Shown here: one piece after another, positions 38,849 through 47,578 of the stretch | Layout of the letters: the number at the start of each line of letters is the position of its first letter | Position numbering within the stretch: the stretch's first letter is position 1 | IMG/VR virus record: IMGVR_UViG_3300030090_007212 | Coordinates: 64,001 to 128,000 of that record | Reading direction: 5' to 3' (one strand) | DNA from: a virus | DNA: 64,000 bases | Made by a program: the position numbers and the translations under genes | Notes under the pieces: model-generated | Database searches by the model: none | What the model was told of the DNA's origin: nothing | The model's input: the letters and a program-made list of their open reading frames with translations, nothing else

Positions 38849-41776
38849 TTATTTTTTAACTTTAGCTTGTAGTGGTGTATAAACAATATCTACATAAGAC
38901 CCTTCAGCTTTTATAGCTTTTATAGTCTCATTTAACTCAGCGTGTACCTGCTCGTAGTTGGCTGCCATTGAGCCTGACCATATAGCTGGCATACTTGCTG
39001 TGTTGTAATTATCCCCTGGTCTCCCAGCGAATGTATTATTATCGTTCATTGCACTTGCAAGATATTGAGATAATCCTGGAGCGTTTGGATCCCAATTCAT
39101 TGCTTCCTCTAACATGCTGTGATAAGTATCAAAGTCACCACCAGCGGCAACTCCTTCTCTAACATGGTTATAGAAATTAATCATTGGACCATACTCTCTA
39201 ACTAAGTTTTCCAATCCTTTACGACCATTCACATATGATATAAACATTTGGAAAGGGTCAGGACCTAAACCAATACTACCTTCAAAAGTTAACCAAAATT
39301 CTCTTTTGATTTCTCCTTCAGATTTAGGTTCTTCAACTGGTGCATCTATAGGTTCTTCCACTTCACCTTCTTCTTTAATAGAATCTAGTTCCGCTTCCGC
39401 TTCTTTTAATGCCTTGGCAGCTTCCTCACCTTCAACAGCGGCCTGTTTATGCATATCCCTTACAGTTGCAACTTCTGCTTCTGCTTGAGATACCCATTCC
39501 TTATTATCTTCAGATGGGTCAGCATCATAAGCTTCTTTAGCAGCTTTAAGTTCCGCCTCTACTTTCTCTAACGTTTTACTAACAGAGTCATATTCTTTGT
39601 TAGCTTTGTCAGAAGCAGCTTGCGCCTCTTTAACTTCAGTTTCAGCCTTTTGGATTGCCTCTTTTCTAGCTTCTTCTTCAGCTTTCTTCTTAGCTTCTTC
39701 TTCAGCTTTCTTAGCATCTTCTTCAGCTTTCTTCTTAGCTTCTTCTTCAGCTTTCTTAGCTTCTTCTTCAGCTTTCTTAGCTTCTTCTTCAGCTTTCTCA
39801 ATCAAAGATTTGATATCTTTAATCTGACCTTCCAAAGTTTTCAATGAAGCATCTGCAATTGGAAGAAAAACTCCACCATTATCGACATATTCAGAAATTT
39901 CCTTTCTCTGACCTTCATATTGATTTAAAATAATAAGTAAGTCTTCAACATCCAACTCACCATTATGTTGAGGTGTGACTTCTAAGAACGCAGGAACAGG
40001 TTCAGGAGCCGGAAGTTCAACTCCACTCTCTAACTCTTTAATCTCCTCTTTTAAAGAAGATATTTTTTCCTGAAGTTCAGCATTTTCCTCATCCAATTGC
40101 GAAATTTCGTCCTCAAGAGTTACAATACTTTCTTTACTAGAAGATATGCTATCTTTAAGTTCATCAATTTCAGCTTTTGATTTAGAAATACTTTCATCAT
40201 ACTCAACTATAGATTTAATAGTCTCCGCTAAAGATTTTTGTGATTCATGAAGTTCTTTGGAATCTTCCTTTATCATATCCTCTAACTGAGCGAGTTTTGT
40301 TTCCATTTCTAAAAATTCAGGAGTATCTGGAGTTAAATCCTCTTCCATATGTTGTATCATCTTAGCTTTCTTTTCCTGCCTTTGAGCGAGTTCTTGAGTT
40401 TTCATGTCTATAGAATCTTCTATATCCACTTTTTGGTCATTTAAATCTCTTAAATCACTTTCACTCATTGCCAACTCAGTTTCTTTGGCATCTAAATCAG
40501 CTTCTCCATGCTCAACATCGTCTTTAGTTGCTGTAAGCTCATCTTGCTTTGCAGTAAGTTCAGTTTCTACCTCTTCTCTCTTAGTTTCATTCTCTTCTAA
40601 ACTTCCTTTAGCCTTAGCTAAAGCTATTAGGTTTAGTTTCCCATCAACTGGTTGGAAGGGTCCTTCCTGTTCTTTCTTCTTAGCTTCTTCTGCAGCTTTC
40701 TCCCTAGCTTCTTCTTCAGCTTTCTTCTTAGCTTCTTCTTCAGCTTTCTTCTTAGCTTCTCTTTCCGCTTCAACAGCTTCTTTTTCCGCTTTATACATAA
40801 GAATAGAGTTTTCATAACTTACAGCTTCTTTTTCAGCTTGTTTAACTATATACGACTCTCTCTCCTCATCCTGCATTTTTTCTAAAAGTTTCTCGAATTG
40901 TTCTTCAGACATACCCTCTTCTTTAGCTATAACTATAGCCTCTTCAATAATAGCGTCAGAAAAACCTTCTCGTGCTTCATCCTCAATATCAGATATTCTT
41001 TTTAGAAGAGTTGGTATTTCACCTTCTCCTTCTACTTGCATATCTGCATCAACAATTTTTTGTACTCGAAGTTGTATTTCTTGACTAACTATTCTTTTAC
41101 GAGAGCTTTCTATTGATCTACCAACAAATTCTTTAGAAGCCTCTAATGATTCTTCAATTACTTCGTCAATAGACATTTCTGCACCTTTAGATTTAACAGA
41201 AATTCTTAGTTTTTGCATTGTTTTTGTTCTTATAGCTTCTAACCCTTCTTCAATACCTTCATTTTCTACATCTGCTCTCACAGCTGCAACCAATGATTTT
41301 TGAAGATTATTCACTGCATTAAATGCGGCAAATAAAGTTGAAGATACGTCATCATTTTGGGATAAACGTTTAGACGCAGAAACACCAAAAAGGTCTTCCT
41401 TCTCTAAATTAACCCCACAAGCTTTAACTAAGTTAACTGTTGCAGTTTTTGCATCTTCTACAGAATCTCCATCATCCATGAAACCTTTAACCATTGTAGT
41501 TACTGGGGAAATATTCAGTGATATCTCAGTGTGACCTTTAAATACCTCTTTATTTTCCTCACCAGTCCAAACATTGGATCCACCTGATGCTTTGAATGAT
41601 CCACTATACCCTGCAGGTATTGCAAATTCACCCATTGAATTAGTGGTAGTTGTTTCACCAGTTTCAAATTCTATATCTGCACCCTCAATAGGAGCATCCT
41701 CTAATGTTCCTGTATCTCCGGTGTCGTCATCATCGCCACCGTCACCTTCTTGTTCGGCTTCAGTGTTTCCTATGAA
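38849..41776 (-). CDS. Long acidic coiled-coil protein with KKAEEEA repeats; probable -1 frameshift extension of 41770-43050
   Basis: The track ORF starts at 41635, but the frame stays open and protein-like for 47 more codons up to the slippery site at 41776-41782. Confidence 0.75.
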   Translation of the reverse strand, partial: FIGNTEAEQEGDGGDDDDTGDTGTLEDAPIEGADIEFETGETTTTNSMGEFAIPAGYSGSFKASGGSNVWTGEENKEVFKGHTEISLNISPVTTMVKGFMDDGDSVEDAKTATVNLVKACGVNLEKEDLFGVSASKRLSQNDDVSSTLFAAFNAVNNLQKSLVAAVRADVENEGIEEGLEAIRTKTMQKLRISVKSKGAEMSIDEVIEESLEASKEFVGRSIESSRKRIVSQEIQLRVQKIVDADMQVEGEGEIPTLLKRISDIEDEAREGFSDAIIEEAIVIAKEEGMSEEQFEKLLEKMQDEERESYIVKQAEKEAVSYENSILMYKAEKEAVEAEREAKKKAEEEAKKKAEEEAREKAAEEAKKKEQEGPFQPVDGKLNLIALAKAKGSLEENETKREEVETELTAKQDELTATKDDVEHGEADLDAKETELAMSESDLRDLNDQKVDIEDSIDMKTQELAQRQEKKAKMIQHMEEDLTPDTPEFLEMETKLAQLEDMIKEDSKELHESQKSLAETIKSIVEYDESISKSKAEIDELKDSISSSKESIVTLEDEISQLDEENAELQEKISSLKEEIKELESGVELPAPEPVPAFLEVTPQHNGELDVEDLLIILNQYEGQRKEISEYVDNGGVFLPIADASLKTLEGQIKDIKSLIEKAEEEAKKAEEEAKKAEEEAKKKAEEDAKKAEEEAKKKAEEEARKEAIQKAETEVKEAQAASDKANKEYDSVSKTLEKVEAELKAAKEAYDADPSEDNKEWVSQAEAEVATVRDMHKQAAVEGEEAAKALKEAEAELDSIKEEGEVEEPIDAPVEEPKSEGEIKREFWLTFEGSIGLGPDPFQMFISYVNGRKGLENLVREYGPMINFYNHVREGVAAGGDFDTYHSMLEEAMNWDPNAPGLSQYLASAMNDNNTFAGRPGDNYNTASMPAIWSGSMAANYEQVHAELNETIKAIKAEGSYVDIVYTPLQAKVKK
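39664..39798. repeat. Tandem 21/24-bp repeats encoding (K)KKAEEEA
   Basis: GCTTCTTCTTCAGCTTTCTT(CTT)A units; a second shorter array lies at ~40672-40760. Confidence 0.9.
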
Positions 41777-43050
41777 AAATTTACACCAAAAAGTGTATAA
41801 ACTGCTCCTGAGTCAGTAGCTACTGGAGTAAATGATACTACAGTTTCACCACCTTCTTCGTCATAGTTACATGCATCAACATTTGTTTGAATACCATTAA
41901 CAAATAATATTGCAGTTGAAGTCTCAACTTTTCCTTCTACAGAGAAAGAGTATGCTTCACCCTCAACAGCTTCAAACTCACCAGTTGAATGTCTGTAATC
42001 AGTGTTTTGTACACCTGCTCCAGCATTTGCTTCAACTGTATCAGTTAAGTCAGATATAGATCCTTCTAAGTCAGCTTTTGCGTCAGCTAATGCTTGTGCA
42101 GCTTCTTCAGCGTTTGCTTTGATTATAGCATCTTGTGAGTCTTGCTCTTCATCTACTTCAACTTTGAATGCTTTTATAGTATCATTGACTTCATCATGAT
42201 TTGCAGAAACAGTATCCGATAGATCAGATATAGCTGAATCTAATTCTTCTCTGTTTTGTGCATCTGCAGCTTCTAACTCATCTTTAGCATCTTTTAATGA
42301 TTGAGCAGCTTCTTCGGCGTTTGCTTTGATTGCTTTGTCTTGATCTGCTTGTCCATCTGCTGTTTCATCCATGAATGCTTTTAATGAATCATTGATTGCA
42401 TCATGATTTTCACTAACTTTAGTATCTAAAGAAGTAATAGAGTCAATAATCTCAGTATCCGCTAAGTTATAGGCATCATTTAATTCCTTAAGTGTATCCC
42501 AGTCAACTTCAGCACCATCAAGAATTGCACTAACTCTATCATCTACAGCTTTAACTGAAGCATCTAATTCAGATCTGTTTTGTGCATCTTTAGTTTCTAA
42601 CTCAGCTTTAGCATCTTCTAATGCTTTAGCAGCATCTTCAGCGTTTGCTTTGATTGTAGAATCTAATTCTTCTGTTGCGTCAGCTAATGCTTTAGCAGCT
42701 TCTTCAGCGTTTGCTTTGATTGTAGCTTCTTGTGATGTGAAATCTTCATCTACTTCAACTTGGAATGCTTTTAATGAATCATTGATTGCATCATGATTTT
42801 CACTAACTGTTGCAGTTAATTCAGCATGTTCTTGCTTTCTTTCTGCAGTGTCAGCTTTAGCAGCTTCTTCAACTGCTTCAATCGCCTCTTTTCTTCCTTT
42901 AATCTCTTCAGAAAGCTCAGCGATTTCATTTTCACCTAATACTATATCAAAATTAAAGTCGAATTTTCCATCTTCATTAAGTTGGATCTCTTTAATTTGA
43001 CCAATACCAGGACCTCTTCTTAGAGGATTTGGGTCTTGCATCATCATCAT
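41770..43050 (-). CDS. Coiled-coil fibre/whisker-like protein next to the neck genes
   Basis: 426 aa; repeated 'IKANAEEAA..L.DA' and 'VSENHDAINDSLKAF'; fibre-type motif 'ILDGAEVDWDTLKEL'; small C-terminal beta domain ('LFVNGI'). Confidence 0.7.
   Translation of the reverse strand: MMMMQDPNPLRRGPGIGQIKEIQLNEDGKFDFNFDIVLGENEIAELSEEIKGRKEAIEAVEEAAKADTAERKQEHAELTATVSENHDAINDSLKAFQVEVDEDFTSQEATIKANAEEAAKALADATEELDSTIKANAEDAAKALEDAKAELETKDAQNRSELDASVKAVDDRVSAILDGAEVDWDTLKELNDAYNLADTEIIDSITSLDTKVSENHDAINDSLKAFMDETADGQADQDKAIKANAEEAAQSLKDAKDELEAADAQNREELDSAISDLSDTVSANHDEVNDTIKAFKVEVDEEQDSQDAIIKANAEEAAQALADAKADLEGSISDLTDTVEANAGAGVQNTDYRHSTGEFEAVEGEAYSFSVEGKVETSTAILFVNGIQTNVDACNYDEEGGETVVSFTPVATDSGAVYTLFGVNFS
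42373..42808. repeat. 46-bp exact direct repeat 390 bp apart
   Basis: GAATGCTTTTAATGAATCATTGATTGCATCATGATTTTCACTAACT at 42373-42418 and 42763-42808. Confidence 0.9.
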
Positions 43051-43213
43051 AATAATTGTTTTTTATGTTTGATTGTTATTAGTAAGAATTGTGTGATTTT
43101 TATGCGCATATTTTTATACAATTCACTTAATAAATACCATGAATTATATAAAAGAACTACCTAGAAAAGTTAAATTAAAATTAATTTACAAAAGTGTGAC
43201 TTTATGGTGACTT

Positions 43214-43501
43214 TTACCTATAAACAAAGACTAAAACGTCATCAATTTGAAGGGAATAATCTCCTATCCATTTAATAGTGTGGAGATTTATTATATTATA
43301 ATCTTGTCCATAATTATAACGTATACCATTAATATATAATTCTGTTTTATTATATTCACTAACAGTAAGAGGGACAATACCCTCAAATAAAACTTGAGCA
43401 TCTATAGTGGGACTAAAAGTAACTGTTTCATATTTCCCTCCCCCTATAACAGTAATGTCACTAGGGTTTCTTACAATATAATTTTTTATAATTTTTTTCA
43501 T
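43214..43501 (-). CDS. Small putative structural beta-domain protein
   Basis: 95 aa; 'ELYINGIRY..GQDY...L..DD.L...Y' pattern; coupled to the upstream gene by an ATGA overlap. Confidence 0.7.
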   Translation of the reverse strand: MKKIIKNYIVRNPSDITVIGGGKYETVTFSPTIDAQVLFEGIVPLTVSEYNKTELYINGIRYNYGQDYNIINLHTIKWIGDYSLQIDDVLVFVYR

Positions 43502-44529
43502 TTCAATTTACCTTTTAAAGTCATATAGGCACTATTAGTAACTATAGTTTTATTTATAGTAATTGTTAAAACATCTCCATATTTTACATCATAAGGTAAT
43601 GTAACAGGAACCCCATTTAATTGAACAATGTAGGTATTAATATTTTCAACTTCTATTTCTTCGTATGTTGCATCAATATCTACAGTTAAATTGAACATGT
43701 TAACACCAGGATCAAATTGTATATTTAATTCAATTAACCCTTCTTTTTCTTGTTTGGTTATTTGATATGGTGCAAGATTTATATTTTCACTAACTTCATA
43801 AAATTGTATTCCTCTACTAATTGCAGGTTTAACTTTAAATTCATTTTCATCTAATAGATAACCTAACATTTTAATAGAATATAATTGAACATAATATCTC
43901 TTTTCATCAATATTATTAATCACACTTTCATCCCCAATACTATCTAATAATAAAGGTATGGGGTGACCATTTATACGCAAATATTTTTCACCTGCAGAAA
44001 AAGATTCTAACATCTTTTTATTAAAAATATTTAGATCTCTCATTTTATTACAAAATAACCTCACTTCATAGTTCATATCAATAGAAACTGGTTGAGGTAT
44101 TTGGTATACGTCATAACTTTTTATATTTCCATCCCATGTTGGTATTTTCATATAGGTGAATGTAGGTTTACCCGGTATATTGAATGCGCCAGCATAATTT
44201 GTCCCTACTTGTGCGTCAGGTTTTCTTACAATAGTTATAAAAGGAATTTTTATATTTTTATTTTCATCAGAAAATTTCCAAGTTTTTGCAAATTCTGCCC
44301 ATCTTTGAATACTTAAAAATATTACAGGAACTTCTTTACCACCTAAACTTAGATTAATAGAATTTTTCACATATTCAATAAAATCTCTATCCATATCTTC
44401 ATGAAGAATACTTTTAGGTAGATATGTACCATTATTAGCAATATTATCTAATATTTGTTGTCTCGCCGCAAATCCTGTTTTAGGAGGATTTATATTTAAA
44501 TTTTTTCTATAATTTTTAGGTAGTCCCAT
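43498..44529 (-). CDS. Tail terminator/sheath stabiliser (T4 gp15-like)
   Basis: 343 aa; 'VPVIF...QRW', 'PFITIVR', 'IPQPVSIDMNYEV'; neck-gene context. Confidence 0.65.
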   Translation of the reverse strand: MGLPKNYRKNLNINPPKTGFAARQQILDNIANNGTYLPKSILHEDMDRDFIEYVKNSINLSLGGKEVPVIFLSIQRWAEFAKTWKFSDENKNIKIPFITIVRKPDAQVGTNYAGAFNIPGKPTFTYMKIPTWDGNIKSYDVYQIPQPVSIDMNYEVRLFCNKMRDLNIFNKKMLESFSAGEKYLRINGHPIPLLLDSIGDESVINNIDEKRYYVQLYSIKMLGYLLDENEFKVKPAISRGIQFYEVSENINLAPYQITKQEKEGLIELNIQFDPGVNMFNLTVDIDATYEEIEVENINTYIVQLNGVPVTLPYDVKYGDVLTITINKTIVTNSAYMTLKGKLK

Positions 44530-44534
44530 CTTAA

Positions 44535-45056
44535 TTAAATACCTTTAAATTCATCTTCATCTACGGGTACACATGTCACAGTTCTGTAAAATCCTTTAAA
44601 ACCACCTATAGTATGTGTATTATCCGAGTTTATAATACCATTATTCGAAACGGTATAGTATTGGATTCTATCTTCTGTTTCTGAATAACCAATGTAATCC
44701 CCATAATTTATTTCTGCACCCAATTCTTGTAATTGTGCATCATATACACCAAAAACTAAATTACCATGTTCTAAATGTCTTAAAGAGCCATTAGGATTAT
44801 ATGATTCATTAATAGGTGTATTATTATTTAAAACAACAGTTAACTCTACAGGTTCTTTAAATCTTATTTCATTTCTTCCTGCCTCCCCATATATATCATC
44901 TGTAAGGGATTCTCCTTGTAACACTTGGAATAATATTACTTTAATATTTATATCACCTTCTAACCATTCTCTACCAAATTCTATCTGTAAATCAAAATCA
45001 TCTTGTGAAAAAAACTTATTTAACCTGGTTATAGGGATTTTTCTATTGTTTTTCAT
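44535..45056 (-). CDS. Neck/head-completion protein (T4 gp14-like)
   Basis: 173 aa; 'DDIYGEA...F.EPVEL', 'GDYI'; located between gp15-like and gp13-like genes. Confidence 0.6.
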   Translation of the reverse strand: MKNNRKIPITRLNKFFSQDDFDLQIEFGREWLEGDINIKVILFQVLQGESLTDDIYGEAGRNEIRFKEPVELTVVLNNNTPINESYNPNGSLRHLEHGNLVFGVYDAQLQELGAEINYGDYIGYSETEDRIQYYTVSNNGIINSDNTHTIGGFKGFYRTVTCVPVDEDEFKGI

Positions 45057-45068
45057 CTATCTTTTCTC

Positions 45069-45082
45069 TATAAATATTTATA
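45069..45082. promoter_or_regulatory. Palindromic double TATTTATA element between divergent genes
   Basis: TATAAATATTTATA is a perfect palindrome lying between the starts at 45056 (-) and 45095 (+). Confidence 0.65.
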
Positions 45083-45094
45083 GTTAATAAAAAA

Positions 45095-46915
45095 ATGAGT
45101 ATAATTGTAAATATGTTAGATATAAAAGATATTAAAGGATTAGGAGGGGAAGAACTATTAAAATCTTATGAAGGTAGAAATCCCTACATAAATTATATGA
45201 AAAAAAAGTATCTTACTGAGAAATCTTATTTTCTCACAACCAATCAAAGTAAGTATGTCAAAAAGTTTTTTAATTTTGAGCCTCGTTCAATGAATAAAGT
45301 AATTGAATTAACTAATTATTTTGCGGAACAATTAAAGGAAGAATATAAATTAAAAGTACCCATTAAGAAAATTTTAATAGAAACTTTATTAGCAGAATCC
45401 GATAAAGCATTACATGTAATCTGTAAATTTTATAAAAATCAAAAAGATGTAAAATTATTATGGATACCTAAAACTCAATTAATTGAAGATATTCATTATG
45501 AAGAAATCGAGGTAGAAGTAGATTATAAGAAGTATGAAGAATTAGATAAAAGAGGGTGGAAGGCATTTGGGCATCAAGAAGAAGGTATAGAATTTCTTTT
45601 AAAAAATCCTAAATGTATTTTAGCGGATGATATGGGATTAGGGAAAACATACCAATCTATTGTTGCCGCCTTAGAATGTGATGCAGAGAGAATATTAATA
45701 GTTTGTCCAGCCTCCCTAAAAATAAATTGGATGAGAGAAGTACAAAATTTTTGTGATGATGTATCAATAATAAAAGGAAAACATTGGGATCCCTCTAGGT
45801 TTACTATAATTAATTATGATATATTGAAAAATTTTCATACTATTGAAGAGAGAGGGAAAAAATATGAGGAGTGGGAATTAAGAAGAGAGATTGTGGAATT
45901 TAATCCTGATTTAATAATTTTAGATGAAGCTCATTTTGTAAAAAATCATAAAAGTATTAGGGGTAAAATATTAAAAGATTTAGCCACTAGATTTACCCCT
46001 GAAAGAATATGGTTATTAACTGGTACCCCTATTGCAAATCGACCTATGGACTATTATAATTTACTATCCATTATAGATTCTCCTGTTGCCCGTAATTGGG
46101 TTCATTACGCTAGAACATATTGTGAAGGTATAAGATTTAGAAAAGGTAGAAGATATATATGGGTAACAAAGGGTGCATCCAACCTAGAAGAATTAAACGA
46201 TAAAACTAAAAGAACAATTTTAAGAAGAAAAAAAGAAGAGGTTTTAGATTTACCAGATAAATTGATAACACCAGTTTATTTAGAACTCCAAAATGTAGAA
46301 GGTTATAAAAATGTATGGGAAGAATATTTAACACAAAGAAAATTAGATGGTAAAAAAGGTAATCCTGCAAGAGATTTAGTAGAGATGACATTATTAAGAA
46401 CTTTTATTGCCCTAGAAACTGTCCCTTATACTATAGAAAAAACTGATGAAGCCTTGGAATTAGGTAAAAAAACTATAATATTTTGTAATTTTAATGATGA
46501 AATGGATGCATTTATGAGATATTATGGAGAAAAAGCGGTATGTATTAGAGGTGGTATGTCAGATAAACAAAAACAACATGCAGTAGATAGATTTCAAGAA
46601 GACGATAGTTGTAAAGTTTTTATTGGACAAATTAAGGCGGCAGGGGTAGGTTTAACTCTAACTGCGGCAGAAATTGTTATTATGAATTCATTAGATTGGG
46701 TTCCTGGAAATCACGAACAAGCAGAAGATAGAGCATATAGAATAGGACAAAATAAAACTGTAAATATTTATTATATGTTAATAGACGATACAATAGATAC
46801 ATTAGTATGGGATATTTTAAATGAAAAAAAGAAAGTTATCGGAACAATAATGGGTGAAGATGACATAATAATAGAATTTATTAAACAAATTGAAAATGGA
46901 AGTAATAGTATTTAG
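45095..46915 (+). CDS. SNF2-family (SF2) helicase/ATPase
   Basis: 606 aa; 'LADDMGLGKT', 'VCPASLKINW', 'DEAH', 'LTGTP', 'AGVGLTLT', 'QAEDRAYRIGQ'. Confidence 0.95.
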   Translation: MSIIVNMLDIKDIKGLGGEELLKSYEGRNPYINYMKKKYLTEKSYFLTTNQSKYVKKFFNFEPRSMNKVIELTNYFAEQLKEEYKLKVPIKKILIETLLAESDKALHVICKFYKNQKDVKLLWIPKTQLIEDIHYEEIEVEVDYKKYEELDKRGWKAFGHQEEGIEFLLKNPKCILADDMGLGKTYQSIVAALECDAERILIVCPASLKINWMREVQNFCDDVSIIKGKHWDPSRFTIINYDILKNFHTIEERGKKYEEWELRREIVEFNPDLIILDEAHFVKNHKSIRGKILKDLATRFTPERIWLLTGTPIANRPMDYYNLLSIIDSPVARNWVHYARTYCEGIRFRKGRRYIWVTKGASNLEELNDKTKRTILRRKKEEVLDLPDKLITPVYLELQNVEGYKNVWEEYLTQRKLDGKKGNPARDLVEMTLLRTFIALETVPYTIEKTDEALELGKKTIIFCNFNDEMDAFMRYYGEKAVCIRGGMSDKQKQHAVDRFQEDDSCKVFIGQIKAAGVGLTLTAAEIVIMNSLDWVPGNHEQAEDRAYRIGQNKTVNIYYMLIDDTIDTLVWDILNEKKKVIGTIMGEDDIIIEFIKQIENGSNSI

Positions 46916-47177
46916 TATGGAAGGTTGTCCTCATTGTGATAACCTTAAAAATCAATTAGTAGAAAAAAATATTAACTTTACGGAAAAAGATGTAGATAAA
47001 CATGAAATTTTATATGAGTCTTTTTCTAAAAAAGTAGATAGTGAATTTTTACCTGCAATTTTAATTGGAAAAAAAGCATTTATTCCGGATAGATCTTTTA
47101 AAACTATTGATCAAGCAGTAAAAATTATTGAAAATCACCTGTCGGAGCTGTCTCGTCATGGTCGCCACTTAGGTTAA
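46890..47177 (+). CDS. Glutaredoxin/thioredoxin-fold protein (CPHC)
   Basis: 95 aa (start may be 46896); 'VFSMEGCPHC', with the cis-Pro loop 'FLPAI'. Confidence 0.85.
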   Translation: MKMEVIVFSMEGCPHCDNLKNQLVEKNINFTEKDVDKHEILYESFSKKVDSEFLPAILIGKKAFIPDRSFKTIDQAVKIIENHLSELSRHGRHLG

Positions 47178-47538
47178 AATTATCATAACTTTGACTATAT
47201 TCATCAATTAATTCCCCTAATTGGTTAATTAAATTATCGTGTCCCTCATCACCATCCCAACCAGCACCACTACCACTACTATGTAATAATGATTTTCTTA
47301 TATCTTCTAATGCTAGAATTAGATCTTCATTATTAGTATCTGCTTCGTATGCAAATTGTATTGCAGCTTCAATATCTCTAAGGGCAGATGCTAAATGATT
47401 CATTGCTTTATGCATAAATCCTACCGCAATATCAGTAGAAGTTTTAGTAGTTGTTTCAGTATAAGGAAATAAATTTTCCTCTACTTCATATTCCACTTCT
47501 TCCCTTAAAATTTTTTTTATTAGATTTCTTTCCATCAT
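47125..47538 (-). CDS. Acidic leader-bearing hypothetical protein
   Basis: 137 aa; begins MMERNLIKKILREE; TATTTATTA directly upstream. Confidence 0.75.
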   Translation of the reverse strand: MMERNLIKKILREEVEYEVEENLFPYTETTTKTSTDIAVGFMHKAMNHLASALRDIEAAIQFAYEADTNNEDLILALEDIRKSLLHSSGSGAGWDGDEGHDNLINQLGELIDEYSQSYDNFNLSGDHDETAPTGDFQ

Positions 47539-47554
47539 TTAATAAATATCTTAA

Positions 47555-47566
47555 TATTTATAAATA
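47555..47566. promoter_or_regulatory. Palindromic double TATTTATA element between divergent genes
   Basis: TATTTATAAATA between the starts at 47538 (-) and 47579 (+). Confidence 0.6.
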
Positions 47567-47578
47567 AATACTATTAAT

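Noticed and set aside
39664-40760. CRISPR-like array
   Set aside because: The repeats are contiguous, in-frame coding units (KKAEEEA) with no unique spacers and no cas genes.
43051-43213. tRNA or structured ncRNA in intergenic gaps
   Set aside because: No cloverleaf or T-loop GTTCRA context was found; only weak AT-rich pairing, so it cannot be supported without a covariance search.
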